Shown: positions 1-8,867 of the stretch, piece by piece | Layout of the letters: each line of letters begins with the position of its first letter | Position numbering within the stretch: the first letter of the stretch is position 1 | NCBI GenBank assembly: GCA_041498975.1 | Contig: JBGQJI010000044.1 | Coordinates: 1 to 16,857, forward strand | Reading direction: 5' to 3' | Length of the DNA: 16,857 bases | DNA from: Candidatus Methylomirabilis sp. | Lineage (GTDB): Bacteria; Methylomirabilota; Methylomirabilia; Methylomirabilales; Methylomirabilaceae | Translations under genes and position numbers: made by a program | The notes under the pieces: model-generated | Databases searched by the model: none | What the model saw: only the letters and a program-made list of their open reading frames with translations | What the model was told of the DNA's origin: nothing

Positions 1-2202
1 ATGTTTCGAATCGGAAAAGATGGCACCTATTTGAGTTTCAAGGCGGAAAGGGAGACCGATCTGTTGGTGCCGCCCAGCGAATTCCTGGGGAAGAAGGTGG
101 GTGATGTCTTGCCCGAAGAGCTGGCCCAGCAGACGATGCGCCATGTGGAACGAGCTCTCCAGACCGGCGAAACCCAAACCTACGATTATCGGCTCGTGGT
201 AAACGGCGCATTGCGCGACTACGAAGCCCGAGTGGTTCGCAGCGGGGAAGATGAGGTCCTGACCATCGTGCGCGAGATCACCGAGCGCAAGCGGGCGGAG
301 GCGGCGCTGCGGGAGAATGAGGATCGATACCGCGATCTCGTGGAGAACAGCGGGGTGTTGATCGGTACGCACGATCTTGACGGGACCATCCTGAGCGTCA
401 ACCGCGCTGTCGTGCGGCTATCGGGCTGCGAGCCGGCCGAGAAGATCCTTGGAACAAAGATCGGCGACTTTCTCGCTCCGGACGCGCGCCACCTGTTCGA
501 TGGCTACCTCGACACGGTCGTCAAGCAAGGGCATGCGCACGGCTTGATGAAAATCCTGACCCGGAGCGGGGAGGAAAAGATCCTTGAATACAATAACTCC
601 CTGCGCACCGAAGGCCTGGACAGGCCTGTCGTGCGGTGTATTGGCCACGATGTGACGGAGCGCAAGCGTGCAGAGGCCGCGCTGCGGGCCAGCGAGGAAC
701 GCTACCGGGACCTGTTCGAGAACGCCAACGACATCATCTACACTCACGATCTGGCAGGACACTTCACCTCGCTCAATAAGGCGGGCGAGCAAATCACCGG
801 CTACACGCGTGAAGAAGCCCTCGGCATGAACATCACCGACGTGGTGGCGCCCGAGCATGTCGAGCTGGCACGCCAGATGATAAGCCGCAAGGTGGATGAA
901 GGGGGGCCGACCACCTACGAGTTGGAGATCGCCGCCAAGGGTGGGCGCAGGTTGGCGCTTGAAGTCAGCACCCGGCTGATATGGCAGGAAGGGAAGCCCG
1001 TTGCAGTGCAGGGCATCGCGCGTGACGTGACCGAACGCAAACGCCTCGAAGAAGAACTTCGTCAGGCACAGAAGCTGGAAGCGATCGGGCAGTTGGCGGG
1101 CGGGGTTGCCCATGACTTCAACAACCTCCTCAATGGGATCATCGGGTTCACAGATCTGGCCCTTCAGGAGTTGCCGGATGGGAGCAAGGGACATCGGTAC
1201 CTGTCAAGGGTCTCGGCCTTGGGGGGCCGAGCCGCCGATTTGATCGGTCAACTGCTGGCCTTTGCCAGAAAGGCCCAACTGGAGCGGAAGCCCCTGGATC
1301 TCAACTCGTTGTTCGAAGAGACCGGGAAGATGCTGGAGCGCACACTTCCAGAGACACTCACTATCCGCGTGCACTCCTGTCCGGAGCGCCTCATGGTGAA
1401 AGCCGAACACGCGCAGGTGCAGCAGATTCTCCTGAACCTGGCCACCAACGCCAGGGAGGCCATGCATCACAGGGGCATCCTCACCCTCAGCCTGGCTCCG
1501 GTCGCGCTCACCGAGGGAAGCGCGCGGGGTCATCCCGAGCGCCGCCCCGGCGACTTCGCTCGCCTGACCGTGGCCGATACCGGAACCGGCATCCCGCCCG
1601 CAATCAGGGACCGGATCTTCGACCCCTTCTTCACGACCAAGGAGCCCGGCAAGGGCACCGGCCTTGGTCTGGCGTCGGTCTACGGGATCGTGCACCAACA
1701 CGATGGCTGGATAGAGGTAGAGACGGTGGAGCATCAAGGCACCGCCTTCCACGTGTTCCTCCCGCTGCTTCCCTCTCAAGAGGCAAGCATCGTGCCGCTC
1801 GCTCAGGCCATTCCTCGTGGCGCCGAGACGTTGCTCCTGGTGGAAGACGACGCGACGGTTCGTGAGCTTGGGGAGATCCTTCTCGCCGAGCTTGGGTACA
1901 CCGTCCTCACCGCCGCTGACGGCATTGAGGCCCTGACGGCTTACCGTGCGCATCCGGACATCGCCCTTGTTCTCACCGATGCCGTGATGCCGCGGATGGG
2001 GGCGGCAGACCTGATCCCGGCGCTGCGGTCCCTCAACTCCGAGGTCAAGGTGCTGGTCGCGACGGGATACGCCCCCGACCAGATCCGCGCCTCCTTGGAT
2101 CACCTTGGCCTTAGCGGCTATATCGGGAAGCCATTTCGCCAGGGCGATCTGGCCGCCGCGGTCCGTGCCGCCCTGGACGGCCCTAGACCACGGTCGCACT
2201 GA
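1..2202 (+). CDS. Multi-PAS hybrid sensor histidine kinase (3 PAS/PAC, HisKA, HATPase_c, C-terminal receiver); probably 5'-truncated by the window
   Basis: Three PAS-linker motifs ([27 protein letters not shown]); H-box AHDFNNLL; N-box [11 protein letters not shown] boxes [20 protein letters not shown]; receiver LLVEDD...LTDAVMP...KPF. Reading frame begins at base 1 inside a PAS-like domain. Confidence 0.95.
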   Translation: MFRIGKDGTYLSFKAERETDLLVPPSEFLGKKVGDVLPEELAQQTMRHVERALQTGETQTYDYRLVVNGALRDYEARVVRSGEDEVLTIVREITERKRAEAALRENEDRYRDLVENSGVLIGTHDLDGTILSVNRAVVRLSGCEPAEKILGTKIGDFLAPDARHLFDGYLDTVVKQGHAHGLMKILTRSGEEKILEYNNSLRTEGLDRPVVRCIGHDVTERKRAEAALRASEERYRDLFENANDIIYTHDLAGHFTSLNKAGEQITGYTREEALGMNITDVVAPEHVELARQMISRKVDEGGPTTYELEIAAKGGRRLALEVSTRLIWQEGKPVAVQGIARDVTERKRLEEELRQAQKLEAIGQLAGGVAHDFNNLLNGIIGFTDLALQELPDGSKGHRYLSRVSALGGRAADLIGQLLAFARKAQLERKPLDLNSLFEETGKMLERTLPETLTIRVHSCPERLMVKAEHAQVQQILLNLATNAREAMHHRGILTLSLAPVALTEGSARGHPERRPGDFARLTVADTGTGIPPAIRDRIFDPFFTTKEPGKGTGLGLASVYGIVHQHDGWIEVETVEHQGTAFHVFLPLLPSQEASIVPLAQAIPRGAETLLLVEDDATVRELGEILLAELGYTVLTAADGIEALTAYRAHPDIALVLTDAVMPRMGAADLIPALRSLNSEVKVLVATGYAPDQIRASLDHLGLSGYIGKPFRQGDLAAAVRAALDGPRPRSH

Positions 2203-2328
2203 TCAGCGGACGGGTCGGCCCTCGGCAACGACACGTCCCCATGCCCTCTCCAATGGTCGGCCATCGCCCATGAAATAAGACGGGACATCGAGTGGAATCC
2301 TGGAGCCCTTGGCGTTCGGGAGGGGCCG

Positions 2329-2511
2329 GTGGAAGAGCAGGTGGTGGCCATCACGCTACATCGGGTCGCCCGCAAACTGGTTTGCGGCGCGGTGATTCTC
2401 GCCAGGCAGCCGGATCGCTCCTGGTTGGGCACTTGCCAGAAATGCGGGGAGGAATTCCGGCTGCAGCCCGACGCCCGCTTTGAGGGACAGGTCCGCGCGA
2501 TGAGGAATTGA
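2329..2511 (+). CDS. Small hypothetical protein (60 aa), possible Zn-ribbon (H..C and CxxC)
   Basis: GTG start with GGGAGG at 2318-2323; contains CQKCG plus an upstream His and Cys; stop lies 3 nt before the next start (2515). Confidence 0.6.
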   Translation: MEEQVVAITLHRVARKLVCGAVILARQPDRSWLGTCQKCGEEFRLQPDARFEGQVRAMRN

Positions 2512-2514
2512 ATC

Positions 2515-3051
2515 ATGCTGAACATAGAACTGAAGGCCCGCTGCCAGGACATCGGGGGGCTTCGCGAGGCCTGCCGGTCGCTTGGCGCGGAGGGTCAAGA
2601 GCCGGAAAGGCAACTCGACACCTACTTCGGAGTTTCCCACGGTCGTCTGAAGCTCAGAGAATCGCTGCCATCGGGCGCAGAATTGATCTTCTACGAGCGG
2701 GCCGATATCGCTGGGCCGAGGGAAAGCCACTACGAAACCTGTGCGGTGGAAGACGCCGAAGGGCTCAAGGCGATCCTCAAGAAGGCGCTCGGCGTGCGGG
2801 CGGTGGTGGCCAAGCGCCGGGAGACTTTCTTGATCGGGCACATGCGGGTCCACCTCGACAAGGTGCAGGACCTGGGGACTTTTGTCGAGCTGGAAGGGAT
2901 CGTAGAGGACCCGGCTGGGCTTTCGGAAGTAGATAACGAGGTTCGGGAGATGAAGCAGGCGCTCGGAATTGACGATCGATCGCTTCTCAAGGAGTCTTAC
3001 TCGGATCTGATCCGCATTGCGGGAGATGGACGGGCACCACATCCAAGATAA
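2515..3051 (+). CDS. cyaB: CYTH-domain protein (class IV adenylate cyclase CyaB-like / triphosphate tunnel metalloenzyme)
   Basis: N-terminal NIELKAR, QLDTYF, RLKLRE, KRRETF, RVHLDKVQDLGTFVELE and SYSDL motifs typical of CyaB-like CYTH proteins. Cyclase activity is not established by sequence alone. Confidence 0.88.
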   Translation: MLNIELKARCQDIGGLREACRSLGAEGQEPERQLDTYFGVSHGRLKLRESLPSGAELIFYERADIAGPRESHYETCAVEDAEGLKAILKKALGVRAVVAKRRETFLIGHMRVHLDKVQDLGTFVELEGIVEDPAGLSEVDNEVREMKQALGIDDRSLLKESYSDLIRIAGDGRAPHPR

Positions 3052-3063
3052 GAGGCGCCTTGG

Positions 3064-4032
3064 ATGGAATATCGTAGGCTGGGGCGGACAGGGGTAAAGG
3101 TCTCGGAGATCGGCTTCGGGGGATGGGGGATCGGCAAAGGCTGGTGGGGCGAGACCGATGACGACCTCTCTGTCCGGTCCCTGGTTCGGGCGCTGGAGTT
3201 GGGTGTCACCTTCATCGACACCGCGTACGCCTACGGGAATGGGCATAGCGAGCGACTGATCGCGAGGGCGTTCAGGAAGGCCGGGCGGCGAGTGTTTGTC
3301 GCCACCAAGGTTCCGTTGAAAAGCGCAGAATGGCCGCCCGAGCCGGGGGTCACGGCGCGCCAGGCATTTCCCGCCGACTGGATCATCAAGCACGCTGAGC
3401 GGAGCCTCGGCAATCTCGAAACGCAGTGCCTGGACCTGCAGCAGCTCCACATCTGGCGCGACGAATGGGTTGACGAGCCGGAGTGGCAAGAGGCGGTCCA
3501 GAAGCTGAAACAGGAGGGGAAGGTCCGGTTCTTTGGCGTCTCGATCATCGACCACCAGCCTGAAACCGCGCTCAAACTCGTCCGCTCCGGGTTGGCCGAC
3601 ACAGTCCAGGTGATTTACAACATCTTCGACCAGTCACCTGCCGAAGTCCTGTTCCCCATCTGCCAGCAGCTCGACGTCGGTGTCATCGCTCGGGTCCCTT
3701 TTGACGAAGGGAGCTTGACGGGCCAGCTTACGCCGCAGACGACCTTCCCGCAGGGCTCGTTTCAAACCTTCTATTTTCGAGGAGAGCGGCTTCGCGAGAC
3801 CTGTGAACGTGTCGATCGACTCCGGCCGCTTCTGCGCAGTGGGGTCGCCACGCTGGCACAGCTCGCCCTCAGATTCTGCCTGAGCCACCCGGCGGTCTCG
3901 ACGGTCATCCCCGGGATGCGGCGGCCCGCCAATGTGGAGGAGAACTGCGCCGTCTCCGATGGGAAGCCGCTGGCAGAAGATCTGCGCAGCAGCGTGAAGG
4001 CACACGTCTGGGCCAGGAACTATTATCAGTGA
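3064..4032 (+). CDS. Aldo/keto reductase family oxidoreductase
   Basis: YRRLGRTGVKVSEIGFGGW, FIDTAYAYGNGHSE (catalytic D, Y), VATKV (K), DLQQLH (H), GKVRFFGVS, VIPGMR; GAGG upstream of start. Confidence 0.95.
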   Translation: MEYRRLGRTGVKVSEIGFGGWGIGKGWWGETDDDLSVRSLVRALELGVTFIDTAYAYGNGHSERLIARAFRKAGRRVFVATKVPLKSAEWPPEPGVTARQAFPADWIIKHAERSLGNLETQCLDLQQLHIWRDEWVDEPEWQEAVQKLKQEGKVRFFGVSIIDHQPETALKLVRSGLADTVQVIYNIFDQSPAEVLFPICQQLDVGVIARVPFDEGSLTGQLTPQTTFPQGSFQTFYFRGERLRETCERVDRLRPLLRSGVATLAQLALRFCLSHPAVSTVIPGMRRPANVEENCAVSDGKPLAEDLRSSVKAHVWARNYYQ

Positions 4033-4079
4033 GACGCCACCAATTCCGGCAATCCACCTTGGGGACTTCGAAAAAATAC

Positions 4080-4109
4080 TTGACAGAGCGGCCGATGGTT
4101 GTGTATAGA
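4080..4109 (+). promoter_or_regulatory. Putative sigma70 promoter of the rrf2-sulfate operon
   Basis: TTGACA at 4080-4085 preceded by an A-tract; TATAGA at 4104-4109 (18-nt spacer). Confidence 0.55.
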
Positions 4110-4112
4110 CGA

Positions 4113-4143
4113 TCCAGTCCATAGATTGATTGGACAATAGGAA
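4113..4143 (+). promoter_or_regulatory. Candidate Rrf2 operator upstream of rrf2
   Basis: Inverted repeat GTCCA-N9-TGGAC (4117-4135) and TAGA-N11-ATAGGAA (4122-4143); the latter recurs upstream of sbp at 4623-4644. Confidence 0.45.
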
Positions 4144-4146
4144 CCG

Positions 4147-4608
4147 ATGCTTTCCAAAAAGGCAAAATACGGATTACAGGCATTATTGCTGCTCGCAAAG
4201 GAGTATGGTCACGGGCCACTCCTTATCTCGGAAATGGCCGAGAGGGAGAGAATCCCGAAGAAATTCCTGGAGCTGATCCTGCTCGAGCTGAAGAATAAAG
4301 GTGTTCTTCAAAGCAAGAAAGGCAGGGGTGGCGGATACCTCCTGGGCAAATCGCCCGAAGCGATCACCATGGGCCACATAATACGAGCCTTGGACGGACC
4401 GCTTGCCCCGATTCCGTGCGTGAGTCAGACCGCCTATGTGAAGTGCGAAGAGTGTAAGGATGAAACGACATGCGGGATAAGGATCGTGATGAAAGAGGTC
4501 CGCGATGCGACAGCAAAGATCCTCGATGGCACGACTCTGGCGGAGATCCTTGAGCGGGTAGAGAGGGCCGCCAGATTGGGACGGGAGTCCTCTGTGTACT
4601 CAATCTAG
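4147..4608 (+). CDS. Rrf2-family transcriptional regulator (4-Cys, CymR/IscR-like)
   Basis: KYGLQALLLLA, HTH IPKKFLELIL, wing SKKGRGGGYLL, IIRALDGPL; C91-X8-C100-X2-C103-X5-C109; sits directly upstream of sulfate transport genes. Confidence 0.95.
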   Translation: MLSKKAKYGLQALLLLAKEYGHGPLLISEMAERERIPKKFLELILLELKNKGVLQSKKGRGGGYLLGKSPEAITMGHIIRALDGPLAPIPCVSQTAYVKCEECKDETTCGIRIVMKEVRDATAKILDGTTLAEILERVERAARLGRESSVYSI

Positions 4609-4622
4609 TTTTTTTGCTCGAT

Positions 4623-4644
4623 TAGACGATTAATATTATAGGAA
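4623..4644 (+). promoter_or_regulatory. Candidate Rrf2 operator upstream of sbp
   Basis: TAGACGATTAATATTATAGGAA: AT-rich, same TAGA-N11-ATAGGAA spacing as 4122-4143. Confidence 0.45.
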
Positions 4645-4715
4645 TAATGGACTGTTTAGCGGACGCACTCATCGATTTAGTTGTCCGATATCTGGCTTCC
4701 CCGTGAAAGAGAGAG

Positions 4716-5735
4716 ATGCTCACCAAAAATACCATCCGCTCACTCTCAGCACTGATTGTGGCCTTCGGGCTTATGCTGCCCGCCTTGGTTCAGGCGGACA
4801 TCACATTGCTCAACGTCTCTTACGACCCGACGCGCGAGCTCTATCAGGACGTTAATGCGGCCTTCGCAAAGCACCGGCAGGCGAAGGCCGGCGAGAAGGT
4901 TACGATCAGGCAATCCCATGGGGGATCGAGCAAGCAGGCAAGGGCCGTCATCGACGGCCTGGAGGCCGATGTGGTGACGCTGGCGCTGGCCTACGATATC
5001 GACGCGATTGTCGAGAAAGCCCAGTTGCTCCCCAAGAACTGGCAGGCGCGTCTGCCGCACAACAGTTCGCCCTACACGTCAACGATTGTCTTCCTCGTGC
5101 GCAAGGGCAACCCCAAGAAGATCAAGGATTGGGACGACCTGGTCAGGTCGGGCGTCTCGGTAATCACTCCCAACCCGAAGACGTCCGGCGGCGCCCGCTG
5201 GAACTATCTGGCCGCGTGGGGCTATGCCCTCAAGAAAAGCGGCGGTGACGAGACCAAGGCCAGGGAGTTCGTGACACGCCTCTACAAGAACGTGCCCGTT
5301 CTGGATTCTGGGGCCCGCGGCTCCACCACGACTTTTGTGCAGCGAGGGATCGGTGACGTGCTTATCTCGTGGGAGAACGAGGCGCTGCTCGCCCTCAGCG
5401 AACTGGGCAAGGACAAGTTCGAGGTCGTCGCGCCCTCGGTGAGCATCTTGGCCGAGCCACCGGTGAGCGTCATCGACAAGGTGGTGGATAAGCACGGCAC
5501 GCGGGCCGTCGCCCAGGCGTACCTGGAGTACCTGTACTCCGCGGAGGGCCAGGAGATCGCGGCAAAGCACTACTACCGTCCACGGTTGGCATCGGTGGCC
5601 GCACGGTACGCGAAGCAGCTCCCGAAGGTGAAGCTCTTTACGATCGACGAGATCTCCGGGGGCTGGCAGAAGGCCCAGAAGACCCATTTTGAAGACGGCG
5701 GGCTCTATGACCAGATCTACCAACCAGGCCGATGA
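4716..5735 (+). CDS. sbp: Sulfate ABC transporter substrate-binding protein
   Basis: Signal peptide ending [58 protein letters not shown] motifs of Sbp/CysP. Confidence 0.97.
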   Translation: MLTKNTIRSLSALIVAFGLMLPALVQADITLLNVSYDPTRELYQDVNAAFAKHRQAKAGEKVTIRQSHGGSSKQARAVIDGLEADVVTLALAYDIDAIVEKAQLLPKNWQARLPHNSSPYTSTIVFLVRKGNPKKIKDWDDLVRSGVSVITPNPKTSGGARWNYLAAWGYALKKSGGDETKAREFVTRLYKNVPVLDSGARGSTTTFVQRGIGDVLISWENEALLALSELGKDKFEVVAPSVSILAEPPVSVIDKVVDKHGTRAVAQAYLEYLYSAEGQEIAAKHYYRPRLASVAARYAKQLPKVKLFTIDEISGGWQKAQKTHFEDGGLYDQIYQPGR

Positions 5736-5823
5736 CGAGCATCAGTAGAGGAGACATGGCGGGGGCGGTCAACGGAGTCCTGGTCGCCATCGCCAGCCCG
5801 ACACCAGCATAAGGAGTCAGCCG

Positions 5824-6654
5824 TTGGCCACATCCCTTGCGCGTCGGCGCGTCCTGCCCGGCTTCGGTATGACCTTGGGCTTCACCTTGCTCTACCTCAG
5901 CCTGATCGTGCTGATACCGCTCTCCGGGATCTTCCTGAAGACGGCCACGATGAGTTGGGCTCAGTTCTGGTCGACGGTCACCGAACCGCGCGCGGTCGCC
6001 TCGTATCGGCTCAGCTTTGGCGCATCGTTGATCGGCGCCTTGATCAATGTCGTGTTCGGGCTCCTGGCCGCGTGGGTCCTGGTGCGGTATAGCTTCCCTG
6101 GCAAGCGCATCATGGACGCGCTAGTGGACCTCCCCTTTGCCATGCCGACCGCCGTGGCGGGGATCACCCTCACCGCCATCTTCGCCGGCAATGGCTGGAT
6201 CGGCCGGCATCTCGAACCCCTGGGCGTGAAAGTCGCCTTCACCCCCCTGGGCGTGGCTGTCGCGCTCACCTTCATCGGACTGCCCTTCGTGGTGAGGACG
6301 GTGCAGCCTGTGCTGCAGGACCTCGACGCGGAGATCGAGGAGGCCGCCGCCAGCCTTGGAGCCACCCGCTGGCAGACCTTTACCCGAGTCATCTTGCCCG
6401 ACCTGTTGCCGGCGCTGATGACCGGTTTTACCCTGGCCTTCGCCCGGGCGCTGGGCGAGTACGGTTCCGTGGTGTTTATCTCGGGGAATATGCCGATGCG
6501 AACGGAGATCACGACGCTGTTGATTATCACCAAGCTGGAGCAGTACGACTACACTGGCGCGACGGCGATCGCGGTCGTCATGCTCATCGCGTCATTTGTG
6601 CTGCTCCTGCTCATCAACTTGTTGCAGTGGTGGACCCACAAGCGCTATGCATAA
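5824..6654 (+). CDS. cysT: Sulfate ABC transporter permease CysT (CysU)
   Basis: TTG start after TAAGGAG; VLPGFG, DLPFAMPTAVAG, EAA loop EEAAASLGA, FARALGEYGSV. Confidence 0.96.
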   Translation: MATSLARRRVLPGFGMTLGFTLLYLSLIVLIPLSGIFLKTATMSWAQFWSTVTEPRAVASYRLSFGASLIGALINVVFGLLAAWVLVRYSFPGKRIMDALVDLPFAMPTAVAGITLTAIFAGNGWIGRHLEPLGVKVAFTPLGVAVALTFIGLPFVVRTVQPVLQDLDAEIEEAAASLGATRWQTFTRVILPDLLPALMTGFTLAFARALGEYGSVVFISGNMPMRTEITTLLIITKLEQYDYTGATAIAVVMLIASFVLLLLINLLQWWTHKRYA

Positions 6655-6754
6655 GGTTGCCCTCGTCGTGGACACAAGCGGCGGGCGATGCGACGGGAGC
6701 GCGAGATAGCGTGAGCGCTGACGGACCGATGAAGCCAAGCAAGGGAGAAGGCGG

Positions 6755-7660
6755 ATGGCCAGAGCCATCGTCGTAGGGCGTGCGGCAGCATCCATGGCTC
6801 GAACCCGCGCCACAACGGAGCCGGCGTTCGTGCGCTGGAGCTTGATCTCAATGGCGTTGGTCTTCCTCGGGCTGTTCCTGGTTCTGCCGCTGGTCGCGGT
6901 CTTCGTTCAGGCCCTTGAGAAGGGCGTGGCGGCGTACATTGAAGCGCTTCGCGAACCGAACGCGCTGGCTGCCATCCGCCTTACGCTGTTGACTGCGGCC
7001 ATCGCCGTCCCCCTGAATCTGACGTTTGGCGTAGCTGCGGCATGGGCGATCGCCAAGTTTGAGTTTGTCGGCAGGAACCTGCTGATTACGCTGATCGATC
7101 TGCCCTTCGCCGTATCGCCGGTGATCTCCGGGCTGGTCTATGTGCTGCTGTTTGGCCTACAGGGCTGGCTCGGGCCCTGGCTGGCGGCGCACGACATCAA
7201 GATCATCTTTGCCGTGCCAGGCATCGTCCTCGCGACCATCTTTGTGACGTTTCCTTTCGTCGCCCGGGAGCTGATTCCCCTCATGCAAGCCCAGGGCACC
7301 GAGGAGGAGCAGGCCGCCCTGGTGCTTGGCGCCAATGGGCGCCAGACCTTCTTTCGCGTCACCCTGCCGAATATCAAATGGGGCCTCTTGTACGGCGTGA
7401 TTCTCTTGAATGCGCGAGCGATGGGCGAGTTCGGCGCCGTCTCGGTGGTGTCGGGCCACGTGCGAGGACTGACGAACACCATGCCGCTGCACGTGGAGAT
7501 TCTGTACAATGAATACAACTTCGCCGCCGCCTTCGCCGTTGCCTCCTTGCTGGCTATGCTGGCGTTGGTCACGCTGGCCGCAAAGAGTCTTGTCGAATGG
7601 AAAGCGCAGCAACGGATCGCGGCCGCCGAACAGCGTGTCGATCGAGGAGCTGTGCGATGA
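6755..7660 (+). CDS. cysW: Sulfate ABC transporter permease CysW
   Basis: [47 protein letters not shown]. Start could be 6755 (GGGAGAAGG upstream) or 6794. Confidence 0.96.
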   Translation: MARAIVVGRAAASMARTRATTEPAFVRWSLISMALVFLGLFLVLPLVAVFVQALEKGVAAYIEALREPNALAAIRLTLLTAAIAVPLNLTFGVAAAWAIAKFEFVGRNLLITLIDLPFAVSPVISGLVYVLLFGLQGWLGPWLAAHDIKIIFAVPGIVLATIFVTFPFVARELIPLMQAQGTEEEQAALVLGANGRQTFFRVTLPNIKWGLLYGVILLNARAMGEFGAVSVVSGHVRGLTNTMPLHVEILYNEYNFAAAFAVASLLAMLALVTLAAKSLVEWKAQQRIAAAEQRVDRGAVR

Positions 7661-8724
7661 GCATCGAGGTTCGTCATATCACGAAGACCTTCGGCGGTTT
7701 CAGCGCCCTTAAGGACGTCAGTCTCGAGGTGCCGATGGGCGAACTGATCGCCCTGCTCGGGCCCTCCGGCTCGGGCAAAACGACTCTGCTGCGGATCATC
7801 GCGGGCCTGGAAGTCCCTGACAGCGGCGCGGTCCTGTTTGACCGCGAGGACGCCACCGACATCAGCGCGCGTGACCGACGAGTGGGCTTCGTGTTCCAAC
7901 ACTACGCGTTGTTCCGACATATGACTGTCTTCGAGAATGTCGCCTTCGGGCTAAGGGTCAGACCTCGCAGGCTCCGGCCATCACAGGCCGCGATCCGCGA
8001 GAAGGTCTCGGAGCTGCTCAAGCTCGTTCAACTGGACTGGCTGGCGGATCGCTACCCGTCCCAACTCTCCGGTGGCCAGCGCCAACGCGTCGCCCTGGCC
8101 AGAACCCTGGCGGTCGAGCCCAAGATGCTGCTGTTGGATGAGCCGTTTGGCTCGCTGGACGCCAAGGTTCGGAAAGAACTGCGGCGATGGCTCCGTCGGC
8201 TCCATGACGACCTTCACATCACCAGCGTCTTCGTCACGCACGACCAGGAAGAAGCGTTAGAGGTGGCAGACCGCGTGGTGGTGATGAACGAAGGCCGGGT
8301 CGAGCAGATCGGAACGCCCGATGAGGTCTACCACCGCCCCGCCAATTCCTTTGTATACAACTTTCTCGGCAACGTGAACCTCTTTCACGCGCGGGTTGAG
8401 GGCGGGAAAGCCTATATCGGCGACATGGCGATGGAGCTTCCTGAGCAAGCCGAACCGGACGCCACATCCGCCCTTGTGTACGTTCGCCCGCACCTGCTGG
8501 ACATCGACCACCAGCCGGATGGCAGCAATCACTTCCGCGCCAGGGTGGAGCATATCAATCCTGCAGGACCACTGGTCAAGGTGGAGCTGGAGACTGAATG
8601 GGGAGATCCCGTGCACGTGGAGATCTCCCAGGATCGCTACCGGGCCCTCCATCTGAAGAAGGGCGCAGAAGTGTTCATCACACCGAAGGAAAAGAAGCTC
8701 TTCGTTGACAATTACTCGATCTAG
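7657..8724 (+). CDS. cysA: Sulfate ABC transporter ATP-binding protein CysA with C-terminal TOBE-like domain
   Basis: Start corrected to 7657 (ATGA overlap with cysW stop, GAGGAG at 7644-7649); Walker A GPSGSGKT, signature LSGGQ, Walker B LLLDE, H-loop VTHD. Confidence 0.97.
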   Translation: MSIEVRHITKTFGGFSALKDVSLEVPMGELIALLGPSGSGKTTLLRIIAGLEVPDSGAVLFDREDATDISARDRRVGFVFQHYALFRHMTVFENVAFGLRVRPRRLRPSQAAIREKVSELLKLVQLDWLADRYPSQLSGGQRQRVALARTLAVEPKMLLLDEPFGSLDAKVRKELRRWLRRLHDDLHITSVFVTHDQEEALEVADRVVVMNEGRVEQIGTPDEVYHRPANSFVYNFLGNVNLFHARVEGGKAYIGDMAMELPEQAEPDATSALVYVRPHLLDIDHQPDGSNHFRARVEHINPAGPLVKVELETEWGDPVHVEISQDRYRALHLKKGAEVFITPKEKKLFVDNYSI

Positions 8725-8806
8725 GGCGATCTGCCCGACTGCCTCAGGCCCTATACATATCCTACTCAAATCCAGACGGGAGACACCTGCCAAAGCTCCC
8801 TCGGAT

Positions 8807-8836
8807 TTTACAAAGACGATCGTGGTGTGCTACCCT
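8807..8836 (+). promoter_or_regulatory. Possible sigma70 promoter for the 102-aa ORF
   Basis: TTTACA (8807-8812), 18-nt spacer ending TGc, TACCCT (8831-8836); the same -10 hexamer occurs in the rhodanese promoter. Confidence 0.35.
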
Positions 8837-8867
8837 CAACACGCGACAAAGGGGGTGGGATTGGGCC

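Noticed and set aside
277..1044. Repeated nucleotide segments ACCGAGCGCAAGCG... in the kinase
   Set aside because: Conserved PAS-PAC linker codons (D/E-V/I-TERKR), not a DNA repeat element.
418..3555. Long minus-strand ORFs (258, 331, 399 aa), and similar ones opposite sbp, cysW, the hydrolase and the squalene synthase
   Set aside because: Antisense shadows of clear + strand genes, expected in high-GC DNA; no recognisable motifs.
4584..4615. T-run right after the rrf2 stop as an intrinsic terminator
   Set aside because: Only a 4-bp stem (GAGT/ACTC) precedes it; too weak.
7597..7656. N-terminal extension of CysA in the ORF track
   Set aside because: Overlaps cysW; the RBS and ATGA overlap support 7657.
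8757..8782. TCCTAC...ACGGGA after cysA as a third Rrf2 operator
   Set aside because: Only a half-site resemblance; does not fit TAGA-N11-ATAGGAA.
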